Shown here: piece after piece, positions 1 through 8,625 of the stretch | How the letters are laid out: each line of letters starts with the position of its first letter | Numbering within the stretch: position 1 is the stretch's first letter | IMG/VR virus record: IMGVR_UViG_3300036770_004732 | Location: 1-64,000 of that record | Source of the DNA: a virus | Reading direction: 5' to 3' (one strand) | DNA length: 64,000 nt | Notes under the pieces: generated by a model | Told to the model about the DNA's origin: nothing | Database searches by the model: none | The model's input: only the letters and a program-made list of their open reading frames with translations | Made by a program: the position numbers and the translations under genes

Positions 1-113
1 TAAGAATATTTTGTTGGTTGTTCAATTTCTCCTCGTTTTACTCTTGAGTTGAGAATATTCTGTGCTCTTACGGCAGCAGAAAGGTCTTTTGGGGTCATCC
101 ATCTAAAACTCAT
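1..113 (-). CDS. Hypothetical protein, 3' end runs off the window (MSFRWMTPKDLSAAVRAQNILNSRVKRGEIEQPTKYS...)
   Basis: Read manually; ATG at 113 overlaps the upstream TGA (ATGA) and the frame is open to the window edge. Confidence 0.6.
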   Translation of the reverse strand, partial: MSFRWMTPKDLSAAVRAQNILNSRVKRGEIEQPTKYS

Positions 114-352
114 TTTTCAACCTCACAAAGTGGGAATACTCTTACTGACCTGATAAACCCTGGTTTTGTATATTTGTCCTTATAGTTTGAAGCAAAAACC
201 CGTGCTTCATTTTGAGTTTCAAAAACTCCAAAGTATCGGTGAAGTCCTTCTACCCCTTCGTGTCTACTATAAAGTGCGACTATCCACTTATGAGAATGTT
301 CTGGATATGTGTCGTTTTCGGCAATCCAGTCGTAGTATGCGTCCTTATTCAT
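110..352 (-). CDS. Hypothetical phage protein
   Basis: ORF track; ATGA-coupled chain of small minus-strand ORFs. Confidence 0.75.
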   Translation of the reverse strand: MNKDAYYDWIAENDTYPEHSHKWIVALYSRHEGVEGLHRYFGVFETQNEARVFASNYKDKYTKPGFIRSVRVFPLCEVEK

Positions 353-582
353 TCTTCCACCTCAATCTCAATAATTTCATAAGGAGTCCAGAAGCATTCA
401 TCTACTTTTTCTTTTGCTTTCTCGTAATCAAATCCACGAAGCACTTGTTGTTTAATAGCATAATCATATTTTTGTTTAATCTTTATATCTAATGCTACTT
501 GTGCTTTATCCTTGGAAGTGGAAGCACACAGAACGTGATAACCCAAATCAACATTATCAACCACACAATAGATTTTAATCAT
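349..582 (-). CDS. Hypothetical phage protein
   Basis: ORF track; 4-nt overlaps on both sides. Confidence 0.75.
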   Translation of the reverse strand: MIKIYCVVDNVDLGYHVLCASTSKDKAQVALDIKIKQKYDYAIKQQVLRGFDYEKAKEKVDECFWTPYEIIEIEVEE

Positions 583-779
583 AATTCTTCCTCATTTACT
601 TTAAGCATCGTTTTTTCGGTGATAATGTCCTTTTCCAGTTCGTATGGTGATGCTACTTGAAGATAGGTTTGATACTGATGTTCGTTGAGGTCTTTGGATG
701 GAATGTATCCCTTATAAGTCAGCATTTTTTGAATTGCTTTTTTGGTTGGTTCTTCCCAGTCCTCTTTGAAGATAAACAT
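579..779 (-). CDS. Hypothetical phage protein
   Basis: ORF track; translationally coupled. Confidence 0.7.
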   Translation of the reverse strand: MFIFKEDWEEPTKKAIQKMLTYKGYIPSKDLNEHQYQTYLQVASPYELEKDIITEKTMLKVNEEEL

Positions 780-1036
780 CAGTCATTCCACCCCTCAAAG
801 TATTCTGCGAAAAATTCAAAAGCAAGAGATTGTTTGTCGTTATTAAGTTCTACACCAAAAAGAGAACTGGCAAGAAAAGAAAGTGTGATATGAAATCCAC
901 CAGAAGACCAATGATGAGCAGTAGGATTTTCATAATTCACCCACAGAAATGAATGATTTTTGAAGATGCCAAACTGCCAAGTGCGTGAAGTTTCACCACC
1001 TTCCCAAACTTTTAGGTTATACTGATAGGGTTTCAT
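779..1036 (-). CDS. Hypothetical phage protein, aromatic/beta-rich
   Basis: ORF track; coupled to neighbours. Confidence 0.7.
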   Translation of the reverse strand: MKPYQYNLKVWEGGETSRTWQFGIFKNHSFLWVNYENPTAHHWSSGGFHITLSFLASSLFGVELNNDKQSLAFEFFAEYFEGWND

Positions 1037-1314
1037 AGCAACTCCAATTTACATTTACCATTCACATCATACACCACTTTGACTTGATAATCTACTGACA
1101 TATCTGCTCTCCATATAGCATCTATGAACTCTTGTGTTTCTTTGTCTGGGTATTTGGCAACAAAATGACCATTCTCATCCATTTCATTACCATTCACATC
1201 ACCAAGATAATGGAGATTTAGGAAACGATTGAGTTGTTGTCTTTGTTCATAGTCAAGTTCAATTTTCACAAATGTGATGAATTCGTTTGATACTGGGAGT
1301 TCTTCGTTAGTCAT
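1033..1314 (-). CDS. Hypothetical phage protein
   Basis: ORF track; coupled to neighbours. Confidence 0.7.
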   Translation of the reverse strand: MTNEELPVSNEFITFVKIELDYEQRQQLNRFLNLHYLGDVNGNEMDENGHFVAKYPDKETQEFIDAIWRADMSVDYQVKVVYDVNGKCKLELL

Positions 1315-1469
1315 TCTTCTTCACCATATTCAGTAGTAATACTATCAATCACATAATCTCCGTGAGCAATCAGAAGATTAGCAGTGGCAATTGCAATCGG
1401 CATAGTTTTGTGTCTTTGGTGTCGTTGCTCCAAATCGTTCTTGTAGTAATATGTGATGAGGTAGGTCAT
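1311..1469 (-). CDS. Hypothetical 52-aa protein (MTYLITYYYKNDLEQRHQRHK...EYGEEE)
   Basis: Read manually; fills the gap exactly with ATGA overlaps at both ends. Confidence 0.7.
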   Translation of the reverse strand: MTYLITYYYKNDLEQRHQRHKTMPIAIATANLLIAHGDYVIDSITTEYGEEE

Positions 1470-1705
1470 TTCAGTTTTTGCAGTTGGTAAATAAGATGTT
1501 CAATGTCTTCAGTTTCTACACATTTAACAGAACCACCCCAACCATCCGCATCATACTCAACATTGTAAGCAAAGTTGTCCAGTAGATACTGAAGAGTAGC
1601 AATACATACCCGAGCACGATCACCTGTTTTGGGTCGTAGAGTGTATTCTTCTGTGACCTTGATTAGTGTCTCTGCGTGTGTTTTTTGTGGTAATGATTTA
1701 GTCAT
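1466..1705 (-). CDS. Hypothetical phage protein
   Basis: ORF track; coupled. Confidence 0.7.
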   Translation of the reverse strand: MTKSLPQKTHAETLIKVTEEYTLRPKTGDRARVCIATLQYLLDNFAYNVEYDADGWGGSVKCVETEDIEHLIYQLQKLK

Positions 1706-2004
1706 GGTTTCACAGTTTGAATGAGAATTCGTTCTTTGGTAGTATCACGCTTTTTTGCAAGATACTCAATCGCTTCTTGATTTCGTTTGGGTAACTGATC
1801 CCATTCTACTTGCTTTTCAACATAAGGTGATGGAAGAAATTTATCAATCTTATGACACATTTTGTCCAAAGAGTTGGAGATAAATTCTGCAGTTGCTTGT
1901 GCAATCGCAAAGGGACCAAGTACAATCAACCGAATTGCAACAAAATGTGGAATGTATTTGAGGTAGGGATAGGTTTTGGTTTCAGTCATCGTTTTGAATG
2001 TCAT
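1702..2004 (-). CDS. Hypothetical phage protein
   Basis: ORF track; coupled. Confidence 0.7.
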   Translation of the reverse strand: MTFKTMTETKTYPYLKYIPHFVAIRLIVLGPFAIAQATAEFISNSLDKMCHKIDKFLPSPYVEKQVEWDQLPKRNQEAIEYLAKKRDTTKERILIQTVKP

Positions 2005-2073
2005 TTAGTCCGTCAAGTTTGGAAAGAATACTACAAATGATTAAAGCAATAAAACTACCTGTAATAATTACAA

Positions 2074-2247
2074 TCATTTGCCCGTAAGATAATTGAGGTC
2101 ACTTACGATGCGTTGTGCTTCTTCTGGTGAGTTACATTCTTCTACAATGTAACTAAATCCGTTTGAGAATGTCCTACGGATCTTGTTACCTTCAGCAGAA
2201 TAAGATCCATAGCGAACTGGAAACTGATTGAGAATTGCTCTGATCAT
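2074..2247 (-). CDS. Hypothetical 57-aa protein (MIRAILNQFPVRYGSYSAEGNKIRRTF...)
   Basis: Read manually; ATGA overlap with the upstream ORF. Confidence 0.65.
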   Translation of the reverse strand: MIRAILNQFPVRYGSYSAEGNKIRRTFSNGFSYIVEECNSPEEAQRIVSDLNYLTGK

Positions 2248-2402
2248 TTGATGTTCAGATAAGGTTTGTTGTAGATCATATGATCCAGAACTTGACCGAT
2301 CATTTGTCGGTAAGTCTCATCATAGTTCTTACTGCACTCTTCATATGCCTCATAGAGTTTGGTGTAGAGTGTGTCCCAGTGCTCTTGAGTGATGGTGGTC
2401 AT
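2244..2402 (-). CDS. Hypothetical early protein (MTTITQEHWDTLY...)
   Basis: Start moved to ATG 2402, just downstream of the promoter element at 2424-2480. Confidence 0.7.
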   Translation of the reverse strand: MTTITQEHWDTLYTKLYEAYEECSKNYDETYRQMIGQVLDHMIYNKPYLNIK

Positions 2403-2423
2403 CGCTTTGTTGTGTATGAAGTC

Positions 2424-2480
2424 ATTATAAGGCAAAAAGGAGTCTTGTGGATATGCCCTGTGCCAGTTTCTCAACTGACC
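2424..2480 (-). promoter_or_regulatory. Putative early promoter: palindromic box GGTCAGTT-N4-AACTGGCACA plus TATAAT
   Basis: One of four similar copies in the window; 29 nt from the box to TATAAT. Confidence 0.75.
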
Positions 2481-2908
2481 CTTTCCAGTTTAGCAAGTGG
2501 TTCTGTTCCCCACTTCATAGGTAAATCAAAATCCACTGTGATAGGCATTTCATTTCTGGAAACATTTTCATTCTCAATAATGCCCTGTTCTACTGCTCGT
2601 TCCACGGAAAGTTTCCTACGAATGACCCGATGAAGGTCATAAAGAATACCATTACTTTCTGGAAGGTCTTGATGTCCTACTCCAAGTGAGGAAGCACCAC
2701 CATCAATACCATCAATCATATGTTTGGATAGAATTGCTCCAATAATTTTCATATCTTGATGAAATTCTGTATAATCAATCGGTTTTTGAAGAGGTAGATT
2801 ATCTTGAATTTCCCTCCACTGACCAAGTTGAACTCTTTGAAGCAAATCAGTAGCATCTACAAGTGCTCGTGCCTGCTTTTCAGTGATGGTGAGATTGTAG
2901 GTTTTCAT
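2471..2908 (-). CDS. Hypothetical phage protein
   Basis: ORF track, 145 aa. Confidence 0.8.
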   Translation of the reverse strand: MKTYNLTITEKQARALVDATDLLQRVQLGQWREIQDNLPLQKPIDYTEFHQDMKIIGAILSKHMIDGIDGGASSLGVGHQDLPESNGILYDLHRVIRRKLSVERAVEQGIIENENVSRNEMPITVDFDLPMKWGTEPLAKLERVS

Positions 2909-3096
2909 TGATTTTCAATAATGATTTTGATTTGTTTGAGGTCTTCTATTCGTTGTTTAGTAAGGTCGTACTGTTCAGTATACCAATCAAGGTCATTCAC
3001 TTCGTGATTGGTTTCTTCACGAATGTCCCATTCATAACACTGAAGGTTTCCTTCTTGGTCTTTTATGAGGTAATTGAGTGTATCAAGGAGTGACAT
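2905..3096 (-). CDS. Hypothetical phage protein
   Basis: ORF track; coupled. Confidence 0.7.
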   Translation of the reverse strand: MSLLDTLNYLIKDQEGNLQCYEWDIREETNHEVNDLDWYTEQYDLTKQRIEDLKQIKIIIENQ

Positions 3097-3098
3097 TT

Positions 3099-3368
3099 TC
3101 AGGAACAGGGGGAGGAGGAAGCAGTTGAGGAGGAGGGGTTTGAGATGTTTGAGGCAGTTGAGGTTGGGGGGGTAGGAAGAATTACAGGTTGTGGAGCAAC
3201 TTGAGGTTGTTGTGCTTGGTCAAGTTTCTTCTCCAACTCCATCACCTTTTGGTCCAGTGGACTCAAAGGAACTTCTTTTTGAGAATCAGCAAGTTTCCAA
3301 CCAGTCGCCCCAGCAGCAAAGATACTTGCAAGTGCAGCAAAAACAGAAACAGTTTTAGAAAAACTCAT
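3099..3368 (-). CDS. Membrane-anchored coiled-coil protein with a low-complexity tail; possible frameshift at the G7 run
   Basis: Hydrophobic N-terminus VSVFAALASIFAAGA, short coiled coil, then Pro/Gln-rich segment. Confidence 0.7.
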   Translation of the reverse strand: MSFSKTVSVFAALASIFAAGATGWKLADSQKEVPLSPLDQKVMELEKKLDQAQQPQVAPQPVILPTPPTSTASNISNPSSSTASSSPCS

Positions 3369-3562
3369 TAAATAACCTCCCAATCACATTCCCAAAAGTC
3401 GTTGATATTTACCCAGAAAAAGTATTTTTGATTCTCTGATGCGAGAAACAACATACCATCTCCTTTGTCCTGCTCTACAATACAGATAGGATTGTTTTCC
3501 ATTAGATTACACAAGCGATTCTTACTCTTCTTGCTTTTGGGTCTTACAGTAACTTTTCTCAT
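3368..3562 (-). CDS. Cyanophage-type hypothetical protein
   Basis: ORF track; coupled. Confidence 0.75.
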   Translation of the reverse strand: MRKVTVRPKSKKSKNRLCNLMENNPICIVEQDKGDGMLFLASENQKYFFWVNINDFWECDWEVI

Positions 3563-3735
3563 TCTTCTTCATCCAAAGGAGCAAAAAATTGATCGTATTC
3601 TTCGTCAGTGAGAGTAAGATACTGGACTTCGGCATCTTGGTGCTCTTCGGCATACATTACCTGATAATGCTGAAATTGGTTCCAGTCATTAGCAGCGTAT
3701 TCTATGGTGCCGTCCAAAAGACACAGATAGTGCAT
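3559..3735 (-). CDS. Hypothetical acidic early protein (MHYLCLLDG...)
   Basis: Start moved to ATG 3735, downstream of the promoter element. Confidence 0.7.
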   Translation of the reverse strand: MHYLCLLDGTIEYAANDWNQFQHYQVMYAEEHQDAEVQYLTLTDEEYDQFFAPLDEEE

Positions 3736-3756
3736 TGGTCTGTTGCGTATGAGAGT

Positions 3757-3813
3757 ATTATACAACAAAAAAGGGTCTCCGTGAAGACCCCTTGTGACGG
3801 TTCTTTAAGTGTC
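3757..3813 (-). promoter_or_regulatory. Putative early promoter (GACACTT-N4-AACCGTCACA ... TGTATAAT) with embedded terminator hairpin
   Basis: Second copy of the motif; 30 nt from the box to TATAAT. Confidence 0.75.
3767..3791 (-). terminator. Rho-independent terminator
   Basis: GGGTCTTCACGGAGACCC hairpin followed by TTTTTT, just after the phosphoesterase stop. Confidence 0.75.
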
Positions 3814-4602
3814 TATCTCAAAGTGTGGGTCAAAGTCTGGATTGAGACCAGAAGTATTATAAGAATTCCAGTATCCGCGTGGATTACATACAACTCTACA
3901 ATCACCTATGAAATAATCCATACTTTCGTGCGTATGACCGTGTGAGAAGTATTTGATCTGTTGATGAGACAAAATCAAATCATCAAGGTGACTAGCATAA
4001 GACCCATTAACAGTTTCCGTTCGGTATTTTGGATGGATTGATTGGTACGAAGGTGCGTGATGTGTAAGAACCCAGACTTTTTGGTCTTCAAACATCGGCA
4101 GAGTATCCAGAAGAAACTGCTTTGACTTCTTATGAAATTCCAGAGTATCTTCTGGTCTCAACTTACGATAGTTGGAACCAATACGAATGGTCTTATAGTC
4201 ATTAAGAAATCTTTGTGCTTCCATCATTTCCAGAGGATTTTCTTTACGAAAGTCAGTCCAAAGGGTTGCGCCTAAAAAAACCATATCTTTGATTTTTACA
4301 TAATCGTTCTCAAGAAGATGAATGGAAGGAGGTATATGTTCTTTTAGAACATTCCAAGTTCCTTCGTAGTTATAACCATAATAACAATGATTTCCAAGAA
4401 CATAGAGAACTTCATCAAAATTATCCACACATTTTTGCAGAAAGTCCTTATAGACCTGATGAAGAGTTCCATTGGTCTTAAAGTGACGAGCACAAAGAAT
4501 GTCTCCACCAAGAATCAAAATTTCCCCTTCTCCCAAGTCAGGGACACCTTGATTATACTCGCAACATTCTAAATGAAGGTCACTGACCGTGCGGATTTTC
4601 AT
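3805..4602 (-). CDS. Calcineurin-like metallophosphoesterase
   Basis: Motifs SDLH, GGD, GNH, THH, HGHTH in canonical order. Confidence 0.9.
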   Translation of the reverse strand: MKIRTVSDLHLECCEYNQGVPDLGEGEILILGGDILCARHFKTNGTLHQVYKDFLQKCVDNFDEVLYVLGNHCYYGYNYEGTWNVLKEHIPPSIHLLENDYVKIKDMVFLGATLWTDFRKENPLEMMEAQRFLNDYKTIRIGSNYRKLRPEDTLEFHKKSKQFLLDTLPMFEDQKVWVLTHHAPSYQSIHPKYRTETVNGSYASHLDDLILSHQQIKYFSHGHTHESMDYFIGDCRVVCNPRGYWNSYNTSGLNPDFDPHFEIDT

Positions 4603-4762
4603 CGCAAAGTTCTACTCCGTATTTGTTTTTAATGTGGTCTGTAAGGTAATCATACAGCATATCAGCAAAACCGTAATGAGGTCTTGTACCAGTTTCCAAA
4701 GCGCCACTGGTCGCCACAGTCCACATAATATCCAGTTCTCGTTTTGAAGGTAATTGTTTCAT
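4580..4762 (-). CDS. Hypothetical protein (MKQLPSKRELDIMW...)
   Basis: Start moved to ATG 4762, overlapping the upstream stop (TGATG). Confidence 0.65.
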   Translation of the reverse strand: MKQLPSKRELDIMWTVATSGALETGTRPHYGFADMLYDYLTDHIKNKYGVELCDENPHGQ

Positions 4763-5352
4763 CAGTCCCACCACCAGCAGAGATTTGTAAGTGTATTTAA
4801 GAATTGTTCGTGATAAACAGTGCGACTTGGATTTGGTTTGCCGTCTTTCATATCTTGTAGATACTCTATGATACCACGAACTACTGGAGTATCCTGAAAG
4901 TATTCGTGCATTCTGTAACAATCAAACTTCTCAATGTAGGTTATGAAGTCGTGTAGTGGGTTCATATTGCGACGATATCCCCAGATGAATACATCTTCAT
5001 CTTTAATACCTTCCTTGTTGATGATTTCTAATGGATAAAACTTTTGACCGTCTTCGTCTTCTACAGCATCTTCTTCTTTTTCTTTTGTATCAAACTTAAA
5101 GTGAAGTCCATCATAATACTTATCGTGTAATTCTTCATCAGGAGCAACACGAACTCTCTCATTCTCTGCCAGAATATACTCCATACGACCTTTCGCACTC
5201 TCATCAGTCAAACGGAATACAATGTTGCCGATATAGTAATCCACCGGACCACCATACATATTCTCTGACCTTTTTTTCCGAAATGAAAGATGAAGAATCT
5301 CAAATCCAGGATTTTCGTTTTCAGTTTCTACAAGACCTTGTGTGATGCTCAT
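4762..5352 (-). CDS. Hypothetical phage protein ending LCWWWD
   Basis: ORF track; start at MSITQ (ATGA overlap). Confidence 0.8.
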   Translation of the reverse strand: MSITQGLVETENENPGFEILHLSFRKKRSENMYGGPVDYYIGNIVFRLTDESAKGRMEYILAENERVRVAPDEELHDKYYDGLHFKFDTKEKEEDAVEDEDGQKFYPLEIINKEGIKDEDVFIWGYRRNMNPLHDFITYIEKFDCYRMHEYFQDTPVVRGIIEYLQDMKDGKPNPSRTVYHEQFLNTLTNLCWWWD

Positions 5353-5612
5353 TCTCCTTCCTCCCTGTAATCTTTTTTCCAAGTTCTACTACAAATATCT
5401 ACATCTACCCCGAGTCTCCAAACCCAAAACAAAATACTCAAAAGACCATTACCACCTGATGTGATTTGAAGATAAGGAAATCCTGCATAATCATTGAAAC
5501 TTAAAGAGACTTGTAGCAGAGACCATTTATAAGTCTTTGGACGAATTGTAAAGAACTGAAAAGAATAATCGGTTCCAAAGTCCTCTCTTTTATAAAAATG
5601 AAAGAGTTTCAT
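5349..5612 (-). CDS. Cyanophage-type hypothetical protein
   Basis: ORF track; coupled. Confidence 0.75.
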   Translation of the reverse strand: MKLFHFYKREDFGTDYSFQFFTIRPKTYKWSLLQVSLSFNDYAGFPYLQITSGGNGLLSILFWVWRLGVDVDICSRTWKKDYREEGE

Positions 5613-5803
5613 TGATTCAGTTCCTCTGCAAGTTGTAACAGATCATTCTTATCCAGGACTATCATGTCGTTTTGAGCATTGTAATATTTTACAGTTTCGG
5701 CAGCAAGTGAAAGAACTGCCGCAACCAACTTTTCTTCTGTATTGGCACCAGTTTTATTTGCTTCCCAAACCTTATTCATAAATTCTTGTGCTCGATCGGT
5801 CAT
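5609..5803 (-). CDS. Hypothetical protein (MTDRAQEFMNKVW...)
   Basis: ORF track with start trimmed. Confidence 0.7.
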   Translation of the reverse strand: MTDRAQEFMNKVWEANKTGANTEEKLVAAVLSLAAETVKYYNAQNDMIVLDKNDLLQLAEELNQ

Positions 5804-5978
5804 TATAATGTTCCTCAAAGTCAAACCATTCATCAAGAGAGTTCATCACCTGTTCAACAATACTATCAATGATAGCACCTTCTGTTGGATTTTCTATGTG
5901 TTTATGAGCACGGGAATATCCATATTTTACACCTTGTTCGAGTGCCATTTCAAGCACATTGCGGAATTTTGGACGCAT
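5772..5978 (-). CDS. Hypothetical phage protein
   Basis: ORF track; directly downstream of a sigma70-like promoter. Confidence 0.7.
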   Translation of the reverse strand: MRPKFRNVLEMALEQGVKYGYSRAHKHIENPTEGAIIDSIVEQVMNSLDEWFDFEEHYNDRSSTRIYE

Positions 5979-6000
5979 AACTTGATTGATGAATACACAT

Positions 6001-6034
6001 ACTATAAGACCCTTAACTCAAAAAGTCAAGGGTC
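6001..6034 (-). promoter_or_regulatory. Sigma70-like promoter TTGACT-17-TATAGT inside an 11-bp hairpin
   Basis: Minus strand reads GACCCTTGACT TTTTG AGTTAAGGGTC T TATAGT. Confidence 0.7.
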
Positions 6035-6048
6035 AATGGTCTATTCAA

Positions 6049-6222
6049 TTAGGACTTCAATAATTCTCTACACACTCTCTTACATAATGATTGATTTTCA
6101 TTACATTCAATTAAGCAAGTATAATAATCATTAATTAATTCTTCTTGATTTATATATTCATTAATTGTTTTTTCAAGATGATTCCAAGAAGCAAGTTGAT
6201 TATGAGAAATTAAATTGTGCAT
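6049..6222 (-). CDS. Small Cys-rich protein (C-x3-C-x6-C-x3-C)
   Basis: MHNLISHNQL...DYYTCLIECNENQSLCKRVCRELL; GGAGG SD upstream of ATG 6222. Confidence 0.75.
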   Translation of the reverse strand: MHNLISHNQLASWNHLEKTINEYINQEELINDYYTCLIECNENQSLCKRVCRELLKS

Positions 6223-6337
6223 AATGACCTCCACGCACAAAAAACATTATAATAAAGAGTTTTATGTTGTAGTGCTCTCACAATACTATTTTATCATAAT
6301 GTTTGGATTTTATGATTTTCCTTTACATATCTCAATA

Positions 6338-6541
6338 CTAATAGGGCAAAGACTTCAATCCATTCAAAACTTCCTGAAAGCGTTCAGCACGACTTTTATG
6401 ATGCTCTACATTCTCTTCAAGCACACTCACAATGTCGTCCAGAACTACATCCAGAGACGCATCAGTATCAAAGTATTGTTGGATTGCTTCGGCAAGATAC
6501 CTCCGCCGACTCCACTCAATCGAATATGGTTTGTAGTTCAT
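6338..6541 (-). CDS. Hypothetical phage protein
   Basis: ORF track; promoter upstream. Confidence 0.7.
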   Translation of the reverse strand: MNYKPYSIEWSRRRYLAEAIQQYFDTDASLDVVLDDIVSVLEENVEHHKSRAERFQEVLNGLKSLPY

Positions 6542-6562
6542 AATCAAACTGTATATGCGAGT

Positions 6563-6591
6563 ATTATAGCAGATTTACTCTGGGTCGTCAA
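6563..6591 (-). promoter_or_regulatory. Sigma70-like (middle) promoter TTGACG-17-TATAAT with extended TG
   Basis: Minus strand reads TTGACG ACCCAGAGTAAATCTGC TATAAT. Confidence 0.75.
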
Positions 6592-6781
6592 GATCCCAGC
6601 AGCGTTGAAACTGCCCTCTTAATTCATTGAGTTTCATATCTTCCCAATAAGTCAACAAATGTTGATTAATTTCTTTTTCTTCTTCTGTAAAATCCAGACG
6701 ATATTTGTTTTTAATGATAATCACTTTCGTCATATCATCCAGAAAAGTTGTCGGCATATCCAAAAACTCTTCGTAAGTCAT
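6575..6781 (-). CDS. Hypothetical phage protein
   Basis: ORF track. Confidence 0.7.
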   Translation of the reverse strand: MTYEEFLDMPTTFLDDMTKVIIIKNKYRLDFTEEEKEINQHLLTYWEDMKLNELRGQFQRCWDLDDPE

Positions 6782-7014
6782 ATGAGGTTTCTCTCTTTGA
6801 AGTATTGAAGTGTTTCTTTCAATCCACCAAGATGTTGATAATCAATTGCGACTTGCGGATAAGATGCTTCACTACCAAACTCTGCTATAAATTGTTTATC
6901 CGTAAAGTCTTGTTGATGCTTATATTCAAGATAAGAAATATCAAGACTTTCTAGAAGCATTCTTGCCCTATCACATTCCTGACAGTTGTCTTTTGAATAT
7001 AAAACTGCTTTCAT
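6778..7014 (-). CDS. Glutaredoxin-like protein (CQEC active site)
   Basis: LYSKDNCQEC, SYPQV and LGG glutaredoxin motifs; start at MKAVL. Confidence 0.85.
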   Translation of the reverse strand: MKAVLYSKDNCQECDRARMLLESLDISYLEYKHQQDFTDKQFIAEFGSEASYPQVAIDYQHLGGLKETLQYFKERNLI

Positions 7015-7015
7015 C

Positions 7016-7345
7016 TCAATCACGCCGTCTCCAGTTTTCTTCATTATCATCTCTGTCTCTACCAAACCATTCTGCAATATCATCAGGTGAGTTGAATCCT
7101 CTTATACCTCTTCTTTCGTGCCCTAAACTCCCTATGTCTAACTGATTGAGGAAATCGTCAAGGTCATCTTTCTGCATATCAGGATTTTCTGCCGTCCTTC
7201 TTGCTTGACGAAGAAACTTTGCTGCGGTTTGATTTGCTTTTGCCAATTTTTCGGCCCAAATAATCTCATTTAATTCTACTGTTTCTCCTTTTGCAATTCT
7301 TTCGCAAATATTTTCTAATTTCAGTCTATAAGCAGTAGAAAGCAT
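7016..7345 (-). CDS. Cyanophage-type hypothetical protein
   Basis: ORF track, MLSTAYRLKLENIC... Confidence 0.8.
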   Translation of the reverse strand: MLSTAYRLKLENICERIAKGETVELNEIIWAEKLAKANQTAAKFLRQARRTAENPDMQKDDLDDFLNQLDIGSLGHERRGIRGFNSPDDIAEWFGRDRDDNEENWRRRD

Positions 7346-7368
7346 ATGCAGTCTCCATATGGGATTAT

Positions 7369-7938
7369 TTATTTTAAATTAAAAGAAATTGATATTCTTT
7401 CTTCATTACTTAGATTTGGATGAACTTTATGTGGTAACCAACTAGGAAAAATACACATCATCCCCTCCTGACTCATTATTTCAACCTGAGATCCATTGAA
7501 TACATTGTAATTCCTTACATTCAGTTCTATCATCATATCCATAGATGGATTTTGGAACTGTATATTTCCACAATTATTTGGTGTTTTTACATAGTAAACC
7601 CCACTTAGAGCAGAACCTGGATGAGTATGTAACCAATTAAAGTTACCATAATCATTAATATTCATCCATGCATGTCCAGATGCAACTCTTTCTATTTCTA
7701 AAAAATTACAAATATCATGAGAAAATTCAAAGATACATTTTACTAATTCTTCTAACTCTTTTGGTGGTTTATTTAAATTAAAATCATTTGATTGCCACCC
7801 ACCAACATTACTAATACATCTTCCTAAATCACTATTTCTTCTAGAAATACAAAAAGTTCTTATAACTTCATTGTCTAGAGTAAATTTTTCGGTAAATAAT
7901 GGAATTGAAAAAATAGTAGGATTAAAATCTATGTTCAT
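7369..7938 (-). CDS. Putative 2OG-Fe(II) oxygenase (TIGR02466-like)
   Basis: WMNIN, HTH, LSGVYYV, FPSWLPHKV, RISISFN motifs. Confidence 0.85.
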   Translation of the reverse strand: MNIDFNPTIFSIPLFTEKFTLDNEVIRTFCISRRNSDLGRCISNVGGWQSNDFNLNKPPKELEELVKCIFEFSHDICNFLEIERVASGHAWMNINDYGNFNWLHTHPGSALSGVYYVKTPNNCGNIQFQNPSMDMMIELNVRNYNVFNGSQVEIMSQEGMMCIFPSWLPHKVHPNLSNEERISISFNLK

Positions 7939-7943
7939 AAAAA

Positions 7944-8183
7944 TTATTTATTTTTGTATTCATTGTGTTCATTCATCAACTCTTGTGCGAGTTTTATAGA
8001 ACGACGCCATATTAGATATTTTACCACAGGGTTGCGTGGATTATTCAAAAACCACCATTTTTTTTTCTCAAAATCAATACTGATTAATTTTAACACATAA
8101 TCAAAAGCAGTGGCAATACTATTATCTGCAACTAACAGATAAGCAACCGCTGCAAAAATTAAAAGAGAAATGTAATAAGACAC
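7944..8183 (-). CDS. Hypothetical membrane protein
   Basis: N-terminal hydrophobic segment. Confidence 0.7.
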   Translation of the reverse strand: MSYYISLLIFAAVAYLLVADNSIATAFDYVLKLISIDFEKKKWWFLNNPRNPVVKYLIWRRSIKLAQELMNEHNEYKNK

Positions 8184-8203
8184 TTTATTGTATCAAACTG
8201 ATA

Positions 8204-8407
8204 CTATTTAACACCATCAAACTGCCTCATAAATCGCAAACACTTTTTAAACTGCTCCCATTCCTCATCAGAAAAATTGTCTGATGCATAAGGAATCTGC
8301 ACGATTGAAGCACAGACACGATTTACATTCACAGTAATCATCATATCATTTGCGAATGTTGGGGAAGCAAAAGCAAGCAGAAATGGAAGAATTAAAAGTT
8401 TTTTCAT
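8204..8407 (-). CDS. Hypothetical exported protein with signal peptide
   Basis: MKKLLILPFLLAFASPTFA signal-peptide pattern. Confidence 0.7.
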   Translation of the reverse strand: MKKLLILPFLLAFASPTFANDMMITVNVNRVCASIVQIPYASDNFSDEEWEQFKKCLRFMRQFDGVK

Positions 8408-8625
8408 AGAAATTGCTCTAAACTGGAAACTGATGCACCTTTTACGGACTTTTGAATGTAAGTTTTTGCGGACTTGTAGTTGTTTGCAGTGTGGACTTGT
8501 TGCCCGTTATGAAGAATAATAAACTTCTTACCACAAGGCACTGATGCCCACATTCCGTCTTTGGTCACATAACCAGCAGGGTCTCCTGGTTTTGGATTCA
8601 GAAGACCTTCGTTAGGAATGTTCAT
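8404..8625 (-). CDS. Cyanophage-type hypothetical protein
   Basis: ORF track; coupled. Confidence 0.75.
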   Translation of the reverse strand: MNIPNEGLLNPKPGDPAGYVTKDGMWASVPCGKKFIILHNGQQVHTANNYKSAKTYIQKSVKGASVSSLEQFL

